A stretch of DNA of 64,000 nucleotides. Source: Candidatus Hydrogenedentota bacterium. Its GTDB lineage: Bacteria; Hydrogenedentota; Hydrogenedentia; Hydrogenedentales; SLHB01. Location: positions 1,360,456 to 1,424,455 of the forward strand of contig CAXXTH010000010.1 of the NCBI GenBank assembly GCA_963668025.2, written 5' to 3'. Under the pieces are notes generated by a model. The model ran no database searches, was not told the DNA's origin, and saw only the letters and a program-made list of their open reading frames with translations. Within the stretch, counting starts at the first letter, position 1; each line of letters starts with the position of its first letter. Shown piece by piece: positions 9,949 to 18,135 of the stretch. The position numbers were made by a program, and so were the translations under genes.

Positions 9949-10985
9949 CCTCTCGTTTCTTCATCAATGATTGCTTTCGTGAGCGAGATAGCGTCCAGCG
10001 CATATGGGCTGTCGCTGGTCTCCTGGCACAAGATGATTTCATCAACGCCTTGCCGCACGGCAAGGGCGACATCATTGAGTTCAGCCCGGTTGGGCGTTCC
10101 GGTGGACGCATAGTGTTCGAGGAATTGCGTGGCCACGGCCACGGGCTTGCCTGCTAATTGGGCAAGTTTTACGATCTCCTCCTGAATGCGCGGCAGCCGG
10201 TGGGGCGGCACGAATATGCCCAAGTCGCCGCGCCCCAGCAGAACGCCATCCGCTTCGGCGATGATGGCGCGCGCGTTTTCCACGGCGTAAGCGGTTTCGA
10301 TTTTAGCGATGATGCGCGGTGTCTCCTCCGGCCATATAGCGGTGATGTCGCGGCGCGCTTCGGCTATCTGCGCGGCGGATACGGCCAGAGATAGCAGGAT
10401 GCCGCTGGGTTTTATGCGTGCGGCGGCGAAACAGGCGAGGAGCTTTTGGTCGTCCTTGCGAAGCAATTCAAAATGGACGCCGCTATCGGGGAAGCTGCAC
10501 CCGTTGTTTTCTTGAAGCGCTGAAGAGGCGGTATGGCATCTTGCCGATATCGTATTCGCCGTGTGGGAAATCACACTGAAGATATTACGCCCATCACGGA
10601 ACATCAGCCGATGTCCGGGCTCGAGCATGGAAGCCCATTGCGGCAAGCCAGGCAGTGGAATTTCACCCTCTATTTGGGTGGTTTCCGCATCCACAAGCTG
10701 GACGATTTCGCCAGGATGGAACCGGCGGGCAAGCATGCGGCCAATGCGCGGGCGCGTGGCGGGCAGATCAAGATATAGCCCGCATTTGGTTTCAAGCCCA
10801 GCAGAGGCTAGTATTTCTTGCTTGGCCAGAATAATATTTCGAGCGTCCATCAGATGATCGCGGCCGGACAGCCCTAAGGCCATGCGGAATCCGTTTGCAC
10901 CGCACGCCATGGCTTCCCTGAGTTTTTGTAAGGAATCCATGGTTCGTCCGGCGCTGGCGATGATCCGGGGGCGCTGTTGTATCAA
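9927..10985 (-). CDS. Divergent pyruvate-kinase-fold protein lacking the C-terminal allosteric domain
   Basis: IIAKIET, GRGDLG, VATQFL, PNRAELNDV, LCQET motifs; 352 aa; TTG start with AAGGAG RBS inside the end of the upstream small ORF. Confidence 0.82.
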   Translation of the reverse strand: MIQQRPRIIASAGRTMDSLQKLREAMACGANGFRMALGLSGRDHLMDARNIILAKQEILASAGLETKCGLYLDLPATRPRIGRMLARRFHPGEIVQLVDAETTQIEGEIPLPGLPQWASMLEPGHRLMFRDGRNIFSVISHTANTISARCHTASSALQENNGCSFPDSGVHFELLRKDDQKLLACFAAARIKPSGILLSLAVSAAQIAEARRDITAIWPEETPRIIAKIETAYAVENARAIIAEADGVLLGRGDLGIFVPPHRLPRIQEEIVKLAQLAGKPVAVATQFLEHYASTGTPNRAELNDVALAVRQGVDEIILCQETSDSPYALDAISLTKAIIDEETRGTRNKHQ

Positions 10986-10990
10986 GGTTT

Positions 10991-11131
10991 TTACGACTCC
11001 TTCGCCAACTGCGGGAAGAGCGTCACCACAAAATCATATACCGGTTCTTCGAAGGTTTCGCACCACCAGGTGGGCGCGCAGCCGCATGGCATGGGGCATA
11101 ACTGGCTGGTGGCGGCTTTTATGTGCTTCAT
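10991..11131 (-). CDS. Unannotated 46-aa peptide MKHIKAATSQLCPMPCGCAPTWWCETFEEPVYDFVVTLFPQLAKES
   Basis: Hand-translated, below the ORF track cutoff; GAGGAG RBS 7 nt before ATG; fills the gap and stops 5 nt before the PK-like start. Confidence 0.65.
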   Translation of the reverse strand: MKHIKAATSQLCPMPCGCAPTWWCETFEEPVYDFVVTLFPQLAKES

Positions 11132-11150
11132 GGCCTGTCTCCTCAGTTGT

Positions 11151-11193
11151 AATAGGGGAGAAGCCATCCCACATCGAGTGTTTCTCCCCTATT
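11151..11193. promoter_or_regulatory. Stem-loop with a perfect 12-bp stem upstream of the peptide gene
   Basis: aataggggagaa (11151-11162) and ttctcccctatt (11182-11193); no long U-tract. Confidence 0.5.
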
Positions 11194-11213
11194 TGTTCCA
11201 CCAATAGGAATGG

Positions 11214-12113
11214 TTAATGGCCGTTCTTTTTCCACGGCGGCAGCTCGGGCAGATACGTGTCGAATTCGCGGATCAATTCCGCTTCATATTCGCCCGCGAA
11301 TGTGCCCGCGAAGAACCGGTCGAGGCCTTCTTCATACAGACGTTTCCACGACTTGTCTTCATCGCCCGGAAGGATGGGGAAGAAGAGTGCGCCATTGCCC
11401 CGCGCTGCTTTCATATCGCCCGGCGCGTCGCCAATCATGAGCATGTTCATTTTTTCGTAGCGCCCTTCCGAGGCGTAGCCGATATGCTGCGTCTTTGTGC
11501 CCATTTCCTGCCCCGCGATGGCGAAGACATACTCGGCGAGGCCTTGCTCTTCCCATTCGCGCACGAGGGCCTCCGTGGGCGTCTGTGAACAAACCAGCAT
11601 GTCCGCCTTATCTTGAGCTTTTTGCAGGCATTCACGCACATAAGGGAACGGCGGAAGGCCTTTGTCCACGATATCCGCCACCGATACATTCACGGCTTTG
11701 CTCCAGCGCAAGGTTTGGTGCATGACCGGATCATCGTGTTCTTTGCAATATGCCTCGAGGGCGGGATTGCCCAGTTTGGATTCCTTTTCGACCCATGCCC
11801 GCAGCGAGGGCACATCAGGGGCCTTAATGCCGCGCTCTTGCACTTTGTCCCAATCGTTCAGCAGGTCGAAGGTCATCAGGATCGCTGGAAAGCGGTTGCA
11901 GCCGCGCCATTTCGAGTAGAGGTTCACGAACTCCGCCGCCGCGCGCGCATATTTCGACACGGTTTGGAGCTCCCAATGCTTGATGATGTTCGGGATGAAA
12001 CATTCCTTGTGCTTGATCTCCATCGTATCGAAGGCGCAGCCGTCCGAATCAATGGCGATTAAGAATTGGTGTTTGGGCTGGTGGTTCTTCAGAACTGCTA
12101 CGGGGTCGCTCAT
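11214..12113 (-). CDS. HAD-superfamily hydrolase
   Basis: Motif I IDSDG, motif II SQT, motif IV GDAPGD. Confidence 0.9.
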   Translation of the reverse strand: MSDPVAVLKNHQPKHQFLIAIDSDGCAFDTMEIKHKECFIPNIIKHWELQTVSKYARAAAEFVNLYSKWRGCNRFPAILMTFDLLNDWDKVQERGIKAPDVPSLRAWVEKESKLGNPALEAYCKEHDDPVMHQTLRWSKAVNVSVADIVDKGLPPFPYVRECLQKAQDKADMLVCSQTPTEALVREWEEQGLAEYVFAIAGQEMGTKTQHIGYASEGRYEKMNMLMIGDAPGDMKAARGNGALFFPILPGDEDKSWKRLYEEGLDRFFAGTFAGEYEAELIREFDTYLPELPPWKKNGH

Positions 12114-12162
12114 GATAGTTTCTTCCCTTTCTTTTTTTGATGAAATTAAGAATGCGCTTCTG

Positions 12163-12567
12163 TCATAACTGTTTATACATTTCTAACAGCCAGTCCCTCA
12201 TGACGGGGGTATAGGATGAAATGCGTTTCGCGAGTTCTTCAGCGAGCAATTCATTATAAGTATGCACGGCAAGATTCCGATCATCCGCCATCTGCATAGC
12301 CAGATCTTGTGAAGAGCGGTTAATAAGGCCATTTTGCAGGCATGCCCTCACGATTTCTTTGGGAGAGGCGAATGCTTGCCCATACGCTTGGCGCAATACG
12401 GTTTGCGCTGCTTTCCAAATTGCTTCGAACGTAAAGATAAACCGAAGAATGGCGGCATCCCGGGAACGATTATCGTCATCGTTGGGGATAGGCTCAAGAG
12501 GCAGAGCCCTTTCGAGCGCCTCTAAAGCTGTTTTTGCGGTATCTAGCCGCTTCACCATTATTTCCAT
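12163..12567 (-). CDS. HEPN-family nucleotidyltransferase substrate-binding protein (HepT/HI0074-like), copy 2
   Basis: RDAAILRFIFTFEAIWK and DDRNLAVHTY. Confidence 0.9.
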   Translation of the reverse strand: MEIMVKRLDTAKTALEALERALPLEPIPNDDDNRSRDAAILRFIFTFEAIWKAAQTVLRQAYGQAFASPKEIVRACLQNGLINRSSQDLAMQMADDRNLAVHTYNELLAEELAKRISSYTPVMRDWLLEMYKQL

Positions 12568-12848
12568 CGAATGCCTTCCTTGATGACGGCGTCGCGAAAA
12601 TCCGCACTCGTGCTCGAAAGGTCTATCACATCCGCGAAATACGGGATGTCGCTTTCTTCTAATGCGGAGCGGATGGCTGGCATCACGCTCATAGGCATAG
12701 GGCCCTTCGGCAGCACCGCGATATCAATATCGCTTGCGCGATCATCTTCTCCCCGGGCCGACGAGCCGAACAGATACGCCTCGGCGTCATGGCCTTCCAG
12801 CGCCGATAGCACCAGGGCCTTGGCCTTTTCGATATACTTGGAATCCAT
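12558..12848 (-). CDS. Minimal nucleotidyltransferase (MntA-like antitoxin), copy 2
   Basis: LFGSSARG...SDIDI motif; 96 aa from MDSKY; overlaps the HEPN start. Confidence 0.9.
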   Translation of the reverse strand: MDSKYIEKAKALVLSALEGHDAEAYLFGSSARGEDDRASDIDIAVLPKGPMPMSVMPAIRSALEESDIPYFADVIDLSSTSADFRDAVIKEGIRWK

Positions 12849-12856
12849 GGCGCGAA

Positions 12857-13687
12857 TTATACGCCCGAAAACGCGCTGAATCCGCCGTCGATGGGCACCA
12901 CGATGCCCGTGACGAATCGCGAGGCGTCTGACGCCAGCCAAATGGCTACGCCGATCAAGTCTTCCGGTTTCCCGAATTCAGCCATGGGCGTATGGGCGAT
13001 GATGGTTTTTCCTCGCGGCGTCAGCTCTCCGGTCTTCTCATCGGTCAGCAAGAACCGGTTTTGATCCGTCAGGAAGAACCCCGGCGCGATGGCGTTCACC
13101 CGCAGCTTGGTGCTGTATTCCTGCGCCAAGTGTACGGCGAGCCATTGAGTGAAGTTGCTGACGGCTGCTTTCGCCGCACTGTACCCCGGTATGCGTGTCA
13201 GCGGGCGCAGGGCGTTCATGGATGATATATTAATGATGCTCCCGCCTTCGGCCTGGTTTTTCATGCGGCGGCCAAAAACTTGGGAAGGCACGATAACGCC
13301 TCCGGTCAAGTTGAGATCGATGACTTTCTGAATCGCTTCGGCGGGGAGATCAAAGAAAGACTGCTCCGGAGAGGTCGTCACGCCCTTCATGTTGCCGCCC
13401 ACGCAATTGAACAGGCTGTCTACTTTGCCGAAATCGTGGTAAATGGACTCGCAGCAAGCTTCAATGGACGTTTTTTCAAAGACATTCATCCCATAGGCGG
13501 CGGCTTTGCCCCCATCCGCCGTAATGGCGGCAGCCTTCGCCTTGGCGTTGTCAAGGGCTACATCAGCGATAGCCACGCTTGCGCCTGCGTGTGCAAGGCC
13601 GCGAGCGATGGCGCCGCCGAGTACGCCGCCGCCGCCAGTGACGACGACTACCTTGCCAGTTAGATCAAAACATGAAGTATTTGCCAT
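12857..13687 (-). CDS. uxuB: SDR oxidoreductase, D-mannonate oxidoreductase / fructuronate reductase-like
   Basis: TGGGGVLG, SSMNALRPLTRIPGYSAAKAAVSNFTQWLAVH, APGFFLTDQNR, IDGGFSAFSGV, typical of SDR-type UxuB. Confidence 0.85.
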   Translation of the reverse strand: MANTSCFDLTGKVVVVTGGGGVLGGAIARGLAHAGASVAIADVALDNAKAKAAAITADGGKAAAYGMNVFEKTSIEACCESIYHDFGKVDSLFNCVGGNMKGVTTSPEQSFFDLPAEAIQKVIDLNLTGGVIVPSQVFGRRMKNQAEGGSIINISSMNALRPLTRIPGYSAAKAAVSNFTQWLAVHLAQEYSTKLRVNAIAPGFFLTDQNRFLLTDEKTGELTPRGKTIIAHTPMAEFGKPEDLIGVAIWLASDASRFVTGIVVPIDGGFSAFSGV

Positions 13688-14284
13688 GCTTGATGTTCTC
13701 CTTCATTAAGCAGACGTGGATATCCCGCCGCTTTTTGTAGCTTCTTCAGGAAGAGCGTATTCGTTTACCTCGCTATTCCCCGCCCGTTGCGCCAATCATT
13801 CCGAGAGCTTATGAAGCTGATACGCCTTGCCATTATGGCATCCGCATCGCCTATAGTGCATGTATTGGGATTAAGCAAACTATACTAAAGATCACTACTG
13901 TTCAGTTCAACCTCGCTTTCGAGTACATTTTTTGCTTGAGCCAGCAGGTGTGGCCTTTGTACTGTTCGACTTTTTCCGTGCTAGTAGTGCTTTGTTTCTT
14001 TCAGATTTGAAGACGCCGGTGTTTGACCTGGTCTATACAGGATTTTTGGCATGGCCGGGCATTTGTAAAAATCTAAAGAGATGAACCAATAGATGAACCA
14101 ATAGGGTCCTTTAAAATATCATCAGAATTGGCGGCCTATAGCGTTCTCTTTTTGATGTGGAGCAGAATTTTCTATAAATCATTCTATTCGTGAGTGGATT
14201 CATCGTGGTAAGATAGGCCACAGCCTATGTGGCGCGCACGGAATGAGCCGGCGCTACAGCCATAAACAGTGAGGGCCAGCAAGC

Positions 14285-16933
14285 ATGAACCACATGGAAC
14301 AAGAACGATTGGCGGAAGCCGGAGAGCGTGTGAAGCATTGGCGGCGCTGGGGCCCATATCTTTCCGAACGCCAATGGGGCACGGTGCGTGAGGATTATTC
14401 GCCCGATGGCAATCCCTGGCAGTATTTGCCCTATGACAAAGCCCCCTTTTACGCCTATCGGTGGGGGGAAGATGGCATTGCCGGAGTGAGTGACAATCAC
14501 CAGCGGCTATGTTTCGCCATTGCCCTCTGGAATGGGCAGGATGCTTTGCTCAAGGAACGCCTTTTCGGGCTCGATAATGCGGAAGGCAATCACGGCGAAG
14601 ATGTAAAGGAATATTATTGGCATTTGGACTGCACGCCCACGCACTCGTATATGCGCTATCGCTATCGGTATCCCCAGCAAGCATTTCCATACCAGCAACT
14701 GCGCGAAGAAAACGGCCGGCGAGGACGGCGCCAGCCGGAATATGAATTGGCGGATACGGGTATCTTCGATGAAAACCGCTATTTTGATGTGGATGTGGAA
14801 TATGCAAAAGCCGATGCGAATGATCTGTTGATCCGTATTACGGTGAAGAATGCCGGGCCAGAGGCCGCCGTGCTGCATGTGTTGCCCTCCTTGTGGTTCC
14901 GCAATTCCTGGCGCTGGCGTCAAAACGTCCAAGCGCCCATCATTGAAAAGGCGGGGCTTAGCGGCGTACGTGCGGAACACCCGGAATTTGGCGTAGCTTT
15001 TCTCGATGCGTCGTGTGGGCCGCGATGGATTTTTACGGGAAACGAGACGAATCATGAACGCCTGTATGGCGCGCCCAATCCATGCAAATACGTGAAAGAT
15101 GGTTTTCACCGGCTGCTTATTGATGGCGCTGAGGAGGCGGTGTCTGAGGATGCCGGTACGAAGTGTGCGGCGTGGTATGCGTGGAAATTAGCGCCGGATG
15201 AGCAGCGAATGGTCACGCTGCGTTTGCGTGAATATGATGCGGAAGCGCCCTTCGAAGGGCCGGAATTCACCCATGTGTTTGATGTGCGCCGGGCGGAATC
15301 GGAGGCGTTCTATGACAGCCTTATGCCGCCATGCGCAACGAAAGAACGCCGCGCTATTGCCCGCCAGGCTTTTGATGGCATGTTGTGGTCTAAACAGTGG
15401 TACCATTTTATCGTCGAGCAATGGCTTGCGGGCGATCCCACCATGCCGCTTCCCGACCCGAAACGCGCCCATATCCGCAATGAAGAATGGCTGCATTTGT
15501 ATAATGATGATGTGTTGTCCATGCCTGATAAATGGGAGTTTCCCTGGTTTGCGGTATGGGATACCGCTTTCCACTCCATTACGCTTGCGGAAATTGACCC
15601 AGAATATGCGAAAAACCAGCTTCGGGTGTTTACGCGGGAATGGTATATGCACCCGAATGGGCAGCTTCCCGCATATGAATGGGATTTCAGCGATGTGAAC
15701 CCCCCCGTCCATGCCTGGGCGACCTGGCGTGTATATGAGATGGAACGCCAGCGCACCGGCAAAGGCGATGCGCGTTTTCTCGAGAGTGTGTTCCACAAGC
15801 TGCTGATGAATTTTACCTGGTGGGTGAACCGCAAGGATGCCGATGGCGATAACATCTTCCAAGGCGGATTTTTGGGGATGGATAATATTGGTGTCTTCGA
15901 CTGGAGCGCCCGCATGCCAATCGAGGGGCGCATCGAGCAAAGCGACTGCACTAGCTGGATGGCTATGTATTGTTTGAATATGCTTCGGATTGCTTGGGAG
16001 CTTTCCAAAACAGATCCCGTTTATGAAGATATCGCTTCCAAATTCTTCGAGCATTTTCTATATATCGCCAGCGCAATCTACAACATAGAAGGCACGGGGG
16101 CGTCGCTTTGGGACGAGAAAGACGGATTTTTCTACGATCAAATTCAATGGCCTGATGGCCGCCGCGAATCATTGCGCATCCGTTCCATGGTTGGGCTTAT
16201 TCCTGTGCTTGCGATCGAGATAGTGGAGCATGGCCAAATGAAGCATCTGCCAGGATTCGAACGGCGCATGAACTGGTTCTATGACAATCGAGGCGACTTA
16301 ACCAAGAACATTTCGTGCGTGTTTGGCCCTGGGCATGAGGGCCGGTGCCTTCTCTCGCTGATGAACCAAGAGCAGCTCAGGCGCGTATTGGCGCTGATGT
16401 TGGATGAAAATGAATTTTTGAGCGAGTACGGCATTCGTTCGTTATCCAAAGCGCATGATGCGGCGCCTTATGTCTTTGAACTCGATCACTATCGAAGCAT
16501 CGTACATTATTTGCCGGGTGAATCGGATAGCACTCTTTTTGGAGGAAACTCGAATTGGAGAGGCCCGGTCTGGTTTCCAATCAACTTTCTGATCATCGAT
16601 GCTCTCCGGCGGTATCATACGTTCTGGGGCGATAGTTTCCAGGTGGAGTTCCCTACGGGTTCAGGCAATCTCATGCACTTGGGCCAAGTGGCGAATGCCT
16701 TAGCGGACCGGTTAATTGCGCTCTTCGAGCGCCGGGAAGGCCGGCGGCCTGTTTCCGGCGAGCGCGCGCTGTTCCAGGAAGATCCTGCCTGGCGGGATCT
16801 CCCCGCGTTTTTCGAATATTTCAACGGCGACACGGGCGAAGGCCTTGGCGCCAGCCACCAAACAGGCTGGACGGGGCTCGTGGCCAACTTAATCATCGAG
16901 CGCGAGCGGCAGCGGCAGCCGATCAGCTCATGA
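14285..16933 (+). CDS. GH63 / MGH1-like glycoside hydrolase
   Basis: WGPYLSERQWGTVREDYS, SMPDKWEFPWF, GGNSNWRGPVW, EYFNGDTGEGLGASHQTGWTG. Confidence 0.93.
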   Translation: MNHMEQERLAEAGERVKHWRRWGPYLSERQWGTVREDYSPDGNPWQYLPYDKAPFYAYRWGEDGIAGVSDNHQRLCFAIALWNGQDALLKERLFGLDNAEGNHGEDVKEYYWHLDCTPTHSYMRYRYRYPQQAFPYQQLREENGRRGRRQPEYELADTGIFDENRYFDVDVEYAKADANDLLIRITVKNAGPEAAVLHVLPSLWFRNSWRWRQNVQAPIIEKAGLSGVRAEHPEFGVAFLDASCGPRWIFTGNETNHERLYGAPNPCKYVKDGFHRLLIDGAEEAVSEDAGTKCAAWYAWKLAPDEQRMVTLRLREYDAEAPFEGPEFTHVFDVRRAESEAFYDSLMPPCATKERRAIARQAFDGMLWSKQWYHFIVEQWLAGDPTMPLPDPKRAHIRNEEWLHLYNDDVLSMPDKWEFPWFAVWDTAFHSITLAEIDPEYAKNQLRVFTREWYMHPNGQLPAYEWDFSDVNPPVHAWATWRVYEMERQRTGKGDARFLESVFHKLLMNFTWWVNRKDADGDNIFQGGFLGMDNIGVFDWSARMPIEGRIEQSDCTSWMAMYCLNMLRIAWELSKTDPVYEDIASKFFEHFLYIASAIYNIEGTGASLWDEKDGFFYDQIQWPDGRRESLRIRSMVGLIPVLAIEIVEHGQMKHLPGFERRMNWFYDNRGDLTKNISCVFGPGHEGRCLLSLMNQEQLRRVLALMLDENEFLSEYGIRSLSKAHDAAPYVFELDHYRSIVHYLPGESDSTLFGGNSNWRGPVWFPINFLIIDALRRYHTFWGDSFQVEFPTGSGNLMHLGQVANALADRLIALFERREGRRPVSGERALFQEDPAWRDLPAFFEYFNGDTGEGLGASHQTGWTGLVANLIIERERQRQPISS

Positions 16934-18116
16934 GCGCTGCGGTGTGGGCCAATTCCTCCTCGGTGTTGTAGAAGTGGGGGGCGATGCGGATGAATGGCTC
17001 TCCGGCGCGGTTCTGGCGGATCGTGATTGCAATGTTGTTTTCACGCAGATGCTTGGCCAAGGCGCGGAGGTCGCGCGTGGGATGTGTCACGCTGATAATT
17101 CCCGAGCGCTCCGCATCTGACGACGCAGGAGTGCAATCGCGTTGCTCGATAGAGAGCCGGTAACCGAGCGGGCGCAGCAATTTTAAGAGTTTGCGGCGCA
17201 AGAAGAGGATCCGCTCCGATATGGCGTTTATGCCTATATCCAGGAGCAATTCCAATGAGGCCTGCATGCCGATAATGCCAGGCATGTTTAACATGCCTGG
17301 CTCATAACGCCGTGCTCCGCTGTAATAGTGAATATGGTCTTGCGCGATAAAATCCGGAGAAAACACATTCCAGGAACCGAGTAGTATGGGGCGCAAGAAG
17401 TCATGATGCTCTTTGCGGACGTAAACGATGCCCGCGCCCGCCGGGCCCAGCATCCATTTGTGCGAATCCGCGCTCAGAAAATCCACATGCTCCACGGATA
17501 GGGGAAATGCGCCTAGCGATTGGATGCCGTCCAGGCAAAGCAAGATGCCCCGTTCGTGCAAGCGTTTGCCGATGGCGTCCACATCGATGCGAAAACCGCT
17601 GAGAAAGTTGCATGTGGCGAGGGCCACGAGCCGCGTGCGCGGTGTGAGGGCTTTCTCTACGGCCTCCCATGTAATCACGCCCGGCTGTTCCGGCTGCAAC
17701 GCTACCGGGCGCACGCCGCGTTCCGCCAAGGCGGTCCAGGGATATACATTCGCCGGATAGTCATCGGCGTAATACGCCACTTCATCACCCGTTTTCCATG
17801 GCATGCCACCCGCCACGAGGCTTAGGCCCAAGGCGGTAGGCCCCAGCAAGGCGATTTCATCCGCCGTGCAACCGAGCAGGCGTGCGGAGGTTTCCCGTGC
17901 GTTTTGCACACGGTTCCACACCCATTCGTTCTCTTGCGCCCCGCATGAGCCTTGCCGTGCAAACTCGGCCATGGCGTCCACGGCAGTTTGCGGAAGCGGC
18001 GCTACGGCGGCATGGGAGAGAAACACGCCGTGGCCCGCGACTGGAAACGCCGCTTGGCGGCGGGCTTCATTGCTCACAAGATATTCCATTGCTGATGTGC
18101 TGTTGTTTCTGTTCAT
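16923..18116 (-). CDS. Class V PLP-dependent aminotransferase (cysteine desulfurase-like)
   Basis: FLSHAAVAP, DGIQSLG, DSHKWMLGP (PLP Lys), RYEPG, IRIAPHFYNT; start uncertain (18116 or 18089). Confidence 0.9.
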   Translation of the reverse strand: MNRNNSTSAMEYLVSNEARRQAAFPVAGHGVFLSHAAVAPLPQTAVDAMAEFARQGSCGAQENEWVWNRVQNARETSARLLGCTADEIALLGPTALGLSLVAGGMPWKTGDEVAYYADDYPANVYPWTALAERGVRPVALQPEQPGVITWEAVEKALTPRTRLVALATCNFLSGFRIDVDAIGKRLHERGILLCLDGIQSLGAFPLSVEHVDFLSADSHKWMLGPAGAGIVYVRKEHHDFLRPILLGSWNVFSPDFIAQDHIHYYSGARRYEPGMLNMPGIIGMQASLELLLDIGINAISERILFLRRKLLKLLRPLGYRLSIEQRDCTPASSDAERSGIISVTHPTRDLRALAKHLRENNIAITIRQNRAGEPFIRIAPHFYNTEEELAHTAALMS

Positions 18117-18135
18117 ACTCCATACACCTGTCTGT

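Noticed and set aside
10991-11131. Calling the peptide a SCIFF/ranthipeptide precursor
   Set aside because: It shares only the MKHIK start; it has 4 Cys rather than the six-Cys SCIFF core, and there is no adjacent SPASM radical SAM
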